Shown piece after piece: positions 1 through 7,623 of a DNA stretch of 64,000 nt. Every line of letters begins with the position of its first letter. The first letter of the stretch is position 1. Made by a program: the position numbers and the translations under genes. The notes under the pieces were generated by a model. The model made no database searches and had not been told where the DNA came from. It worked only from the letters and a program-made list of their open reading frames with translations. Source of the DNA: an uncultured Acidobacteriota bacterium (GTDB taxonomy: Bacteria > Acidobacteriota > Blastocatellia > Pyrinomonadales > Pyrinomonadaceae); contig CALMPJ010000203.1 of the NCBI GenBank assembly GCA_937871585.1, positions 3,963 to 67,962 of the forward strand, in the 5' to 3' direction.

Positions 1-1688
1 GCAGCATCTCCTTTGTCGGTTAAAAGATCGGTCAGGCGGGACTTCTTGAGGTTCAGCACAGTCAAGATCTCGCGTTCGCGCTTTACGATCTCCGGGCTCG
101 CATCGCGACGAAAGTCTGAACCGGCAAGAGCGAGAGTGTCGCGAAGCGTCCGGGCACGTGATCGCTCGACCACAGCCAAAGCATCGGATCGAGCACGCTG
201 TTGGTCGGTTCCTAGTTTCCCTGACATCAACAGCGAAACGTAAAGATCGAATCGATCGGTAACTTTGGCAAAATACGAAGTGCGTAGGTCTGAGCCATCG
301 ATGCTCGAATGTAGTTTGTCGGTGATCTTGATCGATTCGACGATGTGCGATTCGGCCTTTTTGGCATCTCCACGCCCCGCGGCGATCCGCGCGAGGTGAA
401 AATAGTTGCGAGCAAGTTCGACGGGATCACGTATCTTGTCGTTATTCACGCGAGCGGATTCGATGAGGGCTTGAGCTTTAGCCGTGTCGCCAATTCGCTC
501 AAGCACCAGTGCGATCGAATTCTCAATGCGTGCGAGACGAACGCCTTTGCTCTCATACGCAGACATTGCCGACCTGTATTTTTCCAACGCAACGTTGAGT
601 TCGCCATTTGAAAAGGCAACGTCGCCGATCCGCTCACTGATGACGCCTAGTTGAAATTTATCGTCTAGCGATGTCGCGATCTTCCTTACCTCCTCGTAAA
701 GTCGAAGAGCCTCTTGCTTATTGTCGAGACCGAATTCGATATCGGCGATCGAGAGCATTGCACTCATACGGCCGCGCGGATTCTTGAGCCGGTCGAAATA
801 CTCGATAGCTCGCTGATAGTTAGGCCGAGCAACGTCCAATCGTCCGAGTTCGAGGTAGATCGACGCCTTGGTATTCAAAATGATGGCGTGCTCGAGCATG
901 TCGGCATCCGGAAGCAGATCAGCTTCGGCAGCCTTTAACGTCTCTAACGCCAACTGATTATCACCAAGAACTACCCGCGTATACGCAAGAGCGAAATTGG
1001 CGTTCGATCGTCCTTTCGCATAGTCATATTGTTGAGCAATGGAAAGAGCGGTATTGGCCTTGTCGAGAGTCGTAAACGGATCGTCCTCCCGTATGGCCGA
1101 ATAGCCGGAATAAATGTAAACCTGGCAAATAATCCGAGGGTCTTCGGTCGACTGCACGATCGGTTCGGCCTGCTCGAAGTAAGATCTCGCCTTTCCAACT
1201 TTGCCAAAACTGTATTCGAACAGACCCAATGAATAAAACACTGCAGCTCTATTCTCAGTTACCATAGGCAAAACTCTGAGAAGCTCGACTTGATAGGCAC
1301 GGACTTTATCAACCTTGCCCCTTTGGTAGGCCGCTAAGAAAAGAGTGTTGAGCGTTGACGCAATGTGTTCGTGTACTCCATATTGAAGAGCTATCTTGTT
1401 TGCCTTGTCTAAAGCACGCTCTGCGGACTCGAACTCAGAAACACCGATCCGAAGCTTTGCAGCTTCGTTTAAGCAGCGAATCGCGCCGGCCCTGTCTCCA
1501 TTTTCGTAAAGCTCGTTACCGACGGTTTCAAATTCACCAGATATCGCGGCAATGAGTTCAGAGCCACGAATTCGCGCCAGTTCGTAGGTTGGAGTATCCC
1601 GACACGAATATTGCGACACAGTTTGACCGGCGGCTGGTCGAAAGGCGAACATAACCATCACCGCCGTCAGTAAGCAGCAGAATAACAA
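1..1688 (-). CDS. TPR-repeat protein, N-terminal part of a probable CHAT-domain (caspase-fold) protease; the 3' end lies beyond the window
   Basis: Absent from the ORF track because it has no stop inside the window. Hand translation of the minus strand is open from ~1718 to base 1. It has a hydrophobic N-terminus (LLFCCLLTAVMVMFAFRPAAGQ) and then TPR-like units. The last visible residues (YFAKVTDRFDLYVSLLM...ALAVVERSRARTLRDTLA) match the segment that usually precedes a CHAT domain. The start is uncertain: TTG 1688, GTG 1661 or ATG 1658. Confidence 0.6.
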   Translation of the reverse strand, partial: MLFCCLLTAVMVMFAFRPAAGQTVSQYSCRDTPTYELARIRGSELIAAISGEFETVGNELYENGDRAGAIRCLNEAAKLRIGVSEFESAERALDKANKIALQYGVHEHIASTLNTLFLAAYQRGKVDKVRAYQVELLRVLPMVTENRAAVFYSLGLFEYSFGKVGKARSYFEQAEPIVQSTEDPRIICQVYIYSGYSAIREDDPFTTLDKANTALSIAQQYDYAKGRSNANFALAYTRVVLGDNQLALETLKAAEADLLPDADMLEHAIILNTKASIYLELGRLDVARPNYQRAIEYFDRLKNPRGRMSAMLSIADIEFGLDNKQEALRLYEEVRKIATSLDDKFQLGVISERIGDVAFSNGELNVALEKYRSAMSAYESKGVRLARIENSIALVLERIGDTAKAQALIESARVNNDKIRDPVELARNYFHLARIAAGRGDAKKAESHIVESIKITDKLHSSIDGSDLRTSYFAKVTDRFDLYVSLLMSGKLGTDQQRARSDALAVVERSRARTLRDTLALAGSDFRRDASPEIVKREREILTVLNLKKSRLTDLLTDKGDA

Positions 1689-1738
1689 AGCGTAACGTTT
1701 AATAGATTTGCTGTGAATACTGTCTCTACAAAACTCCT

Positions 1739-4036
1739 TTACTTTAGCTTCAATTCGGACAGGCCTTTGATCTGACCCAAGAATACCTCGTCCTTGATGC
1801 TTTTTAAGGCACTTTCGAATGAGTCTTGCACGGAGACTTCAGGCTTCTTCAATGATTTCTTCATATTCACTAGGATCTCATTGAGAGCCGCTTCGTCCCC
1901 TAGTTCTGCTATGGCATATAGTTGCTTTGCGATTTTTATCTCGTCATCGCCGCTGAGATTCCGCAATAGATCTTCTATATTGCGTTTTATCCTGGTTCCG
2001 GGTGGAACGACAACCTGCGGTAAGTTTCTGGCTACTAACGGCTTTATTATTACCGGTCGCCCTTCTTCGTTTCTAGACCGTAGTTCTGTGTTTGTAGTTG
2101 AGAAGCCGGCGATATTCCACGGCGTTTCGACATTCTTTACTCGACCGTACTGGTCGAAGAACTGGCCCATTGCTCCGGTCATGCCTCTGACAATATCCCC
2201 AAGCCCCTTGTCGCCCGGCTTGCCGTATGGAGGATATTTATTGTCGACGTCATAGGGCGGCACTTTATTGTCGACGTCATAGGGCGGAACTTTATTGTCA
2301 ACGTCATAGGGCGGCACTTTATTGTCAACGTCATAGGGCGGCACTTTATTGTCAACGTCATAGGGCGGCACCTTATTGTCAACATCATATGGCGGCACAC
2401 GATCGCCTGGTCTGCCATACGGCGGATAGCGATCGCCGGGTCTGCCATACGGTGGATATCGATCTCCAGGGCGTCCATATGGCGGATACCTCTCCGCGTG
2501 ACTCTCGTTTCCTCTAGTTATGCAGTCTTTGTCCTCAACATTCTTGTCTTTATCCTCAGTAAACGACTCGAAAATGAACGAAGAATCATTCTTACCAAGG
2601 GCAGGCGAACGACGAAACGTGATTTCGGAAAGATAAAACTCAAGAAAGGACTTCCATTTGCTGTAGACCTTTTCCTTGTCTTCTTTCGTGGTTCTATCAA
2701 CAAACCGCAGGCGAAGGTAATCGTTCAACGAAGAACAGTAGCTGTCTTTGGTCCACGGAAAATAGATCGAAATCCCATTTGAGAACTGGTTCTTACCACC
2801 CGAGAACCCGCTTAAGAGGACGCAATTTCTGACCGCTTCGATCACTGCGTCCGCTTTGCCGACAATATCAGTCAATGGAGCGAATTGTTCGACGGTTACG
2901 TTAGGGATGCTTCTGATCTCTTTCGCAAGCAATTTGCAAAGATCGACCAGATCTACATTCTGTTCCATCGTGTAGCTCTGACAGTTGAACCTAGCACTCA
3001 ACAGTGCGAGTTTGAGATGGCTGTGGCAAACGTCACTTGCCTTAAAACCCTTTATTAGTGCGTCAGCAAATGCTTCGAAAGCGCTGTCAAGTTGTTCTAC
3101 CTTTGTTGGGTCGAGATCCCAAGCTGCGATATCGACGGAGACGCTTCCAATAGCGTGACGATTTTGTTGTTTGATGTATTTATCTACAAATTGAATTGCG
3201 ATCGCTGCTGACGTACTGGAACTGTACCCATTGGCAACGTCGGCAAGCATCTGTGCATAGCTCCACCCGGTGTTCGGAATACTTCCCTCTGAAGCGACCA
3301 TTGTCTCGGCTCGTCCCTTAAACTGAGATCCAACCTCGAGCATCCCCATCATGCAACTGTCAAAGCCCAACAGTGAAACTTGCTGGCCGAGTATCTCGGT
3401 CTGCCGGCTTATGCGATAATCGTCGGACCAACCGAGTTCATCGTCGGGAATCGTCTCATTGCATTTCTTCGCCATCTCGAGTTGTCGGGCTTTGTATTTT
3501 TCCTCATCATCAGCGGCCCATTTAATTAGATCCGCCTCCTTTGATTGCATACGGTCAAGAGCCCAACGCAACTTAGACATCGTCATGTTGTAATTCGCTT
3601 TTGAGTCTTGAAACAGACCGATACTTTGAAAACCCATCGAATGACCGGAAAAGATCATTGCGTAGTTCGTACCCTTTCGCCCTTTTCTGGCTACTCCTCT
3701 TTCCATGTACTCTACCTGATTGACGCCCCAATGGACGAAGTTCAATAGGTTATACATACTTGCGGAGTTCTCATTGATGTCCCTCGGAACCTTGAACAGC
3801 TTCTCTTTGAACTTGTAGGAACGTTGGAAAGTATGGTCGTCGTACGATCCGGAAAAGTCAGCGTACAAGGTCGGAATTTCAGCCGAATAGCCATCAAAAT
3901 AAACCAAAATGTTGATGTTCTGGTTAGTTGCGGTGATCCGACGCATTTGCTCGATCGAATAGGCCATGTCCAGACTCAGGTTGTTGTCACCTGAAAGATA
4001 AATCATAAACGTCCAATCTTTCATAGATTTATTCAA
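1739..4036 (-). CDS. Clostripain-like cysteine peptidase (MEROPS C11, clan CD) with a C-terminal Pro/Tyr-rich tandem-repeat region
   Basis: 765-aa ORF. MKDWTFMIYLSGDNNLS, FSGHSMG (His context) and LLGFDSCMMG (Cys context) follow the C11 pattern. There is no signal peptide and AAGAGGAG lies upstream. The ATG at 4024 is a likelier start than the TTG at 4036. Confidence 0.75.
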   Translation of the reverse strand: MNKSMKDWTFMIYLSGDNNLSLDMAYSIEQMRRITATNQNINILVYFDGYSAEIPTLYADFSGSYDDHTFQRSYKFKEKLFKVPRDINENSASMYNLLNFVHWGVNQVEYMERGVARKGRKGTNYAMIFSGHSMGFQSIGLFQDSKANYNMTMSKLRWALDRMQSKEADLIKWAADDEEKYKARQLEMAKKCNETIPDDELGWSDDYRISRQTEILGQQVSLLGFDSCMMGMLEVGSQFKGRAETMVASEGSIPNTGWSYAQMLADVANGYSSSTSAAIAIQFVDKYIKQQNRHAIGSVSVDIAAWDLDPTKVEQLDSAFEAFADALIKGFKASDVCHSHLKLALLSARFNCQSYTMEQNVDLVDLCKLLAKEIRSIPNVTVEQFAPLTDIVGKADAVIEAVRNCVLLSGFSGGKNQFSNGISIYFPWTKDSYCSSLNDYLRLRFVDRTTKEDKEKVYSKWKSFLEFYLSEITFRRSPALGKNDSSFIFESFTEDKDKNVEDKDCITRGNESHAERYPPYGRPGDRYPPYGRPGDRYPPYGRPGDRVPPYDVDNKVPPYDVDNKVPPYDVDNKVPPYDVDNKVPPYDVDNKVPPYDVDNKYPPYGKPGDKGLGDIVRGMTGAMGQFFDQYGRVKNVETPWNIAGFSTTNTELRSRNEEGRPVIIKPLVARNLPQVVVPPGTRIKRNIEDLLRNLSGDDEIKIAKQLYAIAELGDEAALNEILVNMKKSLKKPEVSVQDSFESALKSIKDEVFLGQIKGLSELKLK
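2210..2488 (-). repeat. In-frame tandem repeat array inside the C11 gene: 1 x 27 bp (YPPYGKPGD), 6 x 27 bp (VPPYDVDNK), 3 x 30 bp (YPPYGRPGDR)
   Basis: Read directly. The six 27-bp units tttattgtc(g/a)acgtcatagggcgg(c/a)ac at 2237-2398 are near-identical at the DNA level. The 30-bp units lie at 2399-2488. Confidence 0.95.
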
Positions 4037-4189
4037 GACTCCTCTTAATAGATTTGAGCTTTGGAGAAAGCAAGCAGTAGTTTGTCGGATTCAAGAGAAA
4101 CATAGCATAAAATTCAGCATTACTCTTACCTTCTTCAGTGGTTAATGACTTTTGGAGGACAATTCCTTACAGAAAATAAAAACCGAGAT

Positions 4190-5005
4190 CTATTGCACTA
4201 CGAACTGATAGTTGAGAGTGCTCCCTTTCTCATCTGTAAGGTTTATTATGTACTTGCCTTTTGTGAAAATTTCACGCGGCAGTATAAGGCGAATCTCTTG
4301 GACAGCAGATCGGGCGAATGGGGCGATCCGATTCTGCCGAAACGCGACGGTCAAACCGCGAAAGACCGTAACGTTATATATTGTCGTATTATCGGCAGTT
4401 TCACCCAATGCAAGTCGGATGCGCACCTCTTTTGTTAGTCCAACATGTGAAAGTTCTGCCGGCGAGGCCGTCGACCTCAGGTTATCTGAAAGTAAGGTCA
4501 ATTCGGATATATTTGTATAGCTGTCGAGGAAATTCTGATCTTGATTTATCTTTTCGTATCGAACTTGCAGAGCGACAAGGGCGTCATCATTTGAAGGACG
4601 AAACACCAGCCAAATTGACGTGAACATTAGGATAAAGACTACGCCAGCCGCAGCCAATCTTAATCCGAGACTCAGGGATCTTATCCAATATAAAACCCCA
4701 GTTTCCCCAAAACTAACTCCACTTTCAGCAGACATACCATCCTTTCGTTCGGATGCAATCCGATGAAGTTGTGCGATCATCTCAACACTCTTAATTCGCT
4801 CATCCGTAACAAGATAGTTCGTCTCGAACCGAACTTCGTCCTCCGGCGTAAGTTCTTCACCGAGATACGCTTCGATCAGATTCTCTTCGGATATGGAGAC
4901 TTCCTCAGCAAAATTTGCATCTTCGAATATTCGAAGTTCAAATTCAGCTACCTCAGCTTCGGATAGACCGCCAAGGAAATAATCTTTTGATGTTGAATCA
5001 GCCAT
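4190..5005 (-). CDS. Single-pass membrane protein, anti-sigma-factor-like
   Basis: 271 aa. The N-terminus YFLGGLSEAEVAEFELRIFEDANFAEEV...LIEAYLGEELTPEDEVRFE resembles the cytoplasmic domain of anti-sigma factors found next to ECF-like sigmas. It has one TM helix (LRLAAAGVVFILMFTSIWLVF) and a ~140-aa extracytoplasmic domain. It lies 37 nt downstream of the sigma gene. Confidence 0.5.
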   Translation of the reverse strand: MADSTSKDYFLGGLSEAEVAEFELRIFEDANFAEEVSISEENLIEAYLGEELTPEDEVRFETNYLVTDERIKSVEMIAQLHRIASERKDGMSAESGVSFGETGVLYWIRSLSLGLRLAAAGVVFILMFTSIWLVFRPSNDDALVALQVRYEKINQDQNFLDSYTNISELTLLSDNLRSTASPAELSHVGLTKEVRIRLALGETADNTTIYNVTVFRGLTVAFRQNRIAPFARSAVQEIRLILPREIFTKGKYIINLTDEKGSTLNYQFVVQ

Positions 5006-5042
5006 CTAGAATCTACTTCACATCTACTTATGACCTTTTCGG

Positions 5043-5630
5043 TCATTTCCTTACATTCGCTCCGCTATCAACGCACTTCTCAACGCACGGCCGAAGCAAT
5101 CCTTTTATTCGGTGAATTTTTGTTTGTAACGCACCGACCGTAAGTCCATTATGTTCAGCCAAATGGCGTCGAGCGGCAACTCTCGTTCTACCTATGTCAT
5201 GATAGTAATCAATGATCAGATCTCCATCCCAATACTTCAAAGAATCCAAACAATTCCGCAAACACTCGATCGCCGGATCATAAGTGACCTTATTCGACTC
5301 ATTAAGCCTTTGTTCGACCTCATCATTGAATTGGATCACACGATTTTGTGCCGAGCGGAAGTACTCTAGGTACACATTTCGTGCAAAACCATAAAAGATG
5401 GCAGATGGACTGGCACCCGTGTTCCAGTCTAGAGAGTCGAAACGATTGATCACTCGATTCATCGTTTCATCGGCAAGTGTCTCTATATCGTGACAACCCT
5501 TGAGACGAAAAAATCTGTGTAAGCCCGACCGAATGTTCTCGAACTTGGCTCCGGCTTCCGCATGGTCGGTCGAAAGCCAGGCTAGCAGTCGGTCAAAATT
5601 CTCTTTGTCTACGTCTTGGCTGATCTTCAC
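5043..5630 (-). CDS. Divergent ECF-like sigma-70 family RNA polymerase sigma factor
   Basis: 195 aa with a GTG start. It has region-2-like ADETMNRVINRF...FYGFARNVYLEYFR and region-4-like HTH LTVGALQTKIHRIKGLLRPCVEKC. It is the first gene of a co-directional cluster. Confidence 0.55.
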   Translation of the reverse strand: MKISQDVDKENFDRLLAWLSTDHAEAGAKFENIRSGLHRFFRLKGCHDIETLADETMNRVINRFDSLDWNTGASPSAIFYGFARNVYLEYFRSAQNRVIQFNDEVEQRLNESNKVTYDPAIECLRNCLDSLKYWDGDLIIDYYHDIGRTRVAARRHLAEHNGLTVGALQTKIHRIKGLLRPCVEKCVDSGANVRK

Positions 5631-6069
5631 GCTACTTACACTGGGCAGAAAAGTATCGAATTGTTCGGTCAGTTCCGGGTCTCCCTACGAGGCACGACTT
5701 CCGATTCAGTAATGCCTTCGCGAATTACATTGTCGAGGTAAATTAAACTAATCGTTATCGTAATCCAATGTTCCGAATACGTCTAGGCTTACCGTTTCGT
5801 TTCACCTTCCATTCATAGACTTTTAGGCGGACCGATCGGAACTCTCAGGATGGATCAATTACGTTGATCGGAGTGCTGACCGTCTTGTCGGCTTGATCTG
5901 TAGCTGAAGTGAGATCATCGTCTTGAAACGACGCTAATTACTGTCCGGAGTGTTCGCATTCGGCAGTAGTTGCAAAAATGAGCTTCCTTTTGGGGAAAGT
6001 GTCTTTGTTGAGGCAGTTTGTTTACTGTATCTTTAGAGATTGCACTGCTGATCGGAGACGGAACTTTTA

Positions 6070-7128
6070 TTGCGAAAATACATTAAGTTCATAATTCTGC
6101 TGCTGGTTGCTGTGTTCATACTCTGGTTCTTTGGAAGGAGTTTGGATTGGCAGATGGTGCGCGCGAGCTTGGCACGAGCTAATGCGTGGTATCTAACGAC
6201 GGCGGTTCTGATCATTTGTGCCGGATACTTGCTACGGGCGGTTCGTTGGCAAGTGTTGCTTTCGCCGATCACACCAAGCAGCCTGAAGGAACTATTTGCG
6301 ACAACGACGGTCGGATATGCGGGAGTCTTTCTCATCGGACGCGCCGCTGAGATCATTCGGCCGATGTGGCTGCCGATGCGTGATAAACGTGTGCGGCCAT
6401 CGGCGGCGGTCGTGACCTTGGCTATCGAGCGCGGCTTCGATTTTGCTTCGCTGATCTCGTTTTTCGCGTTCAATATATTGTTTTTTACGGCACCGCCGGG
6501 CCGCGAAAGCGAGTTTGAGTTTGTCGAGATCGTTGGGTTCCTGATGCTCGCCGGAGTGCTCGCCGGCTTCATCTTTCTGTTCTTCTACCAACGAATATCG
6601 GACCGGTTTATTGGTTGGACAGAACGCGTTTGCAGAAAATTGCGAATTCCCGCGAGGATCCGAAAGATCATTGTCAGCATTTTGAAACATCTCGCGGCGG
6701 CAGTCGGAGTTCTGCGGAATTGGCGCCAGTTTATGCTCGCGACTTTTTGGACGCTGACGCTGTGGTTTTCGATCGCGATCCCGACGTGGCTCGTGCTACT
6801 TGCGTTCGATATGCCGTTCACGTTCGCCGATTCGCTGTTCATTATGGGAATCGCGGCGTTCAGCTCGCTTATTCCGACGCCGGGCGGAGCCGCTGGAGCG
6901 TTTCATACGGGCACGGCCGCGAGTATTTTGTTCCTAAACAGCAGCATCAGCCGCGAAGACGCTGCGGCCGCATCGATCGTAATGCACCTCGTGTACTTTG
7001 CTCCTGCAATAGTTTTCGGTTTATATTACTTTGTCCACGGTGATATCAGCGTCGAACGTTTCCGCAGCTTGCTCTCGAGTGAGCACGCTGTCGAGGAGAT
7101 CGAATCTGACGCTCCGGACCCAAAATAG
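6070..7128 (+). CDS. UPF0104 / lysylphosphatidylglycerol-synthase TM-region family (flippase-like) membrane protein
   Basis: 352 aa and polytopic. The N-terminus KFIILLLVAVFILWFFGRSLDWQMVRASLARANAWYL...LLRAVRWQVLL is typical of this family. TTG start. Confidence 0.6.
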   Translation: MRKYIKFIILLLVAVFILWFFGRSLDWQMVRASLARANAWYLTTAVLIICAGYLLRAVRWQVLLSPITPSSLKELFATTTVGYAGVFLIGRAAEIIRPMWLPMRDKRVRPSAAVVTLAIERGFDFASLISFFAFNILFFTAPPGRESEFEFVEIVGFLMLAGVLAGFIFLFFYQRISDRFIGWTERVCRKLRIPARIRKIIVSILKHLAAAVGVLRNWRQFMLATFWTLTLWFSIAIPTWLVLLAFDMPFTFADSLFIMGIAAFSSLIPTPGGAAGAFHTGTAASILFLNSSISREDAAAASIVMHLVYFAPAIVFGLYYFVHGDISVERFRSLLSSEHAVEEIESDAPDPK

Positions 7129-7620
7129 ATGCGTTGTCCATTCTGCGATCATATAGAAGACAAGGTCGTCGATTCGCGTGAATCGAAAGACGGCGATTCG
7201 ATACGCCGCCGCCGCGAATGCCTAGGCTGTGGGCGAAGATTCACGTCATACGAACGTATCGACGAGATTCCGTTCATGGTCGTCAAGAAAGACGGCAAAC
7301 GCGAACATTTTGATCGACACAAAGTGCTGTCAGGCCTACTCCGTGCAGCCGAAAAACGCCCGATTTCTACGCTTCAGCTCGAAAAGATCGTCGATGAGGT
7401 CGAGAAAAATGTTCAGGATTCGTTAGATCGCGAACTTGCGACCACAGAGATCGGCAAAATAATAATGAGGCGACTCAAGTCTCTCGACAAGGTCGCCTAC
7501 GTTAGGTTCGCGTCTGTTTATCTAGAATTCGCCGATGTTTCCGAGTTCATGTCCGAGCTTAAGACACTCGTCACATCAAGAACGGCAATAGCCGCCGACA
7601 AGAAAAAGAAAAAGAAGTGA
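7129..7620 (+). CDS. nrdR: Transcriptional repressor NrdR
   Basis: MRCPFCDHIEDKVVDSRESKDGDSIRRRRECLGCGRRFTSYERI gives the zinc ribbon, followed by an ATP-cone. The gene starts directly after the preceding stop. Confidence 0.95.
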   Translation: MRCPFCDHIEDKVVDSRESKDGDSIRRRRECLGCGRRFTSYERIDEIPFMVVKKDGKREHFDRHKVLSGLLRAAEKRPISTLQLEKIVDEVEKNVQDSLDRELATTEIGKIIMRRLKSLDKVAYVRFASVYLEFADVSEFMSELKTLVTSRTAIAADKKKKKK

Positions 7621-7623
7621 TCC

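Noticed and set aside
2237-2398. Six near-identical 27-bp direct repeats, considered as a CRISPR-like array.
   Set aside because: The units are contiguous with no spacers, sit in frame inside a 765-aa ORF and encode a regular peptide repeat. No cas genes are present in the window.
4190-5005. The 271-aa protein next to two caspase-fold proteases, considered as a bacterial gasdermin-like pore former.
   Set aside because: The size fits. However, it has a central classical TM helix and an acidic helical N-terminus typical of anti-sigma factors, and it directly follows a sigma gene. It cannot be fully excluded without a profile or structure search.
5650-5676. A GGAAC motif (minus strand, 5672-5676) upstream of the sigma gene, considered as an autoregulated ECF promoter.
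   Set aside because: The nearest CGT/CGA-type -10 candidate is only ~13 nt away instead of the usual 16-17, and a single pentamer is weak evidence.
5631-6069. The 439-bp divergent intergenic region, inspected for a riboswitch, sRNA or small gene.
   Set aside because: I could recognise only a minor 6-bp palindrome (gatcaa..ttgatc). There is no conserved RNA motif and no ORF of at least 60 aa. It remains unexplained but has no positive evidence.
6033-7043. ORFs 6033-6572(-), 6292-6690(-), 6585-6842(-) and 6615-7043(+), which overlap the UPF0104 membrane protein gene.
   Set aside because: They lie in alternative frames of a convincing polytopic membrane protein gene, and their translations are Arg/Ser-rich and featureless.
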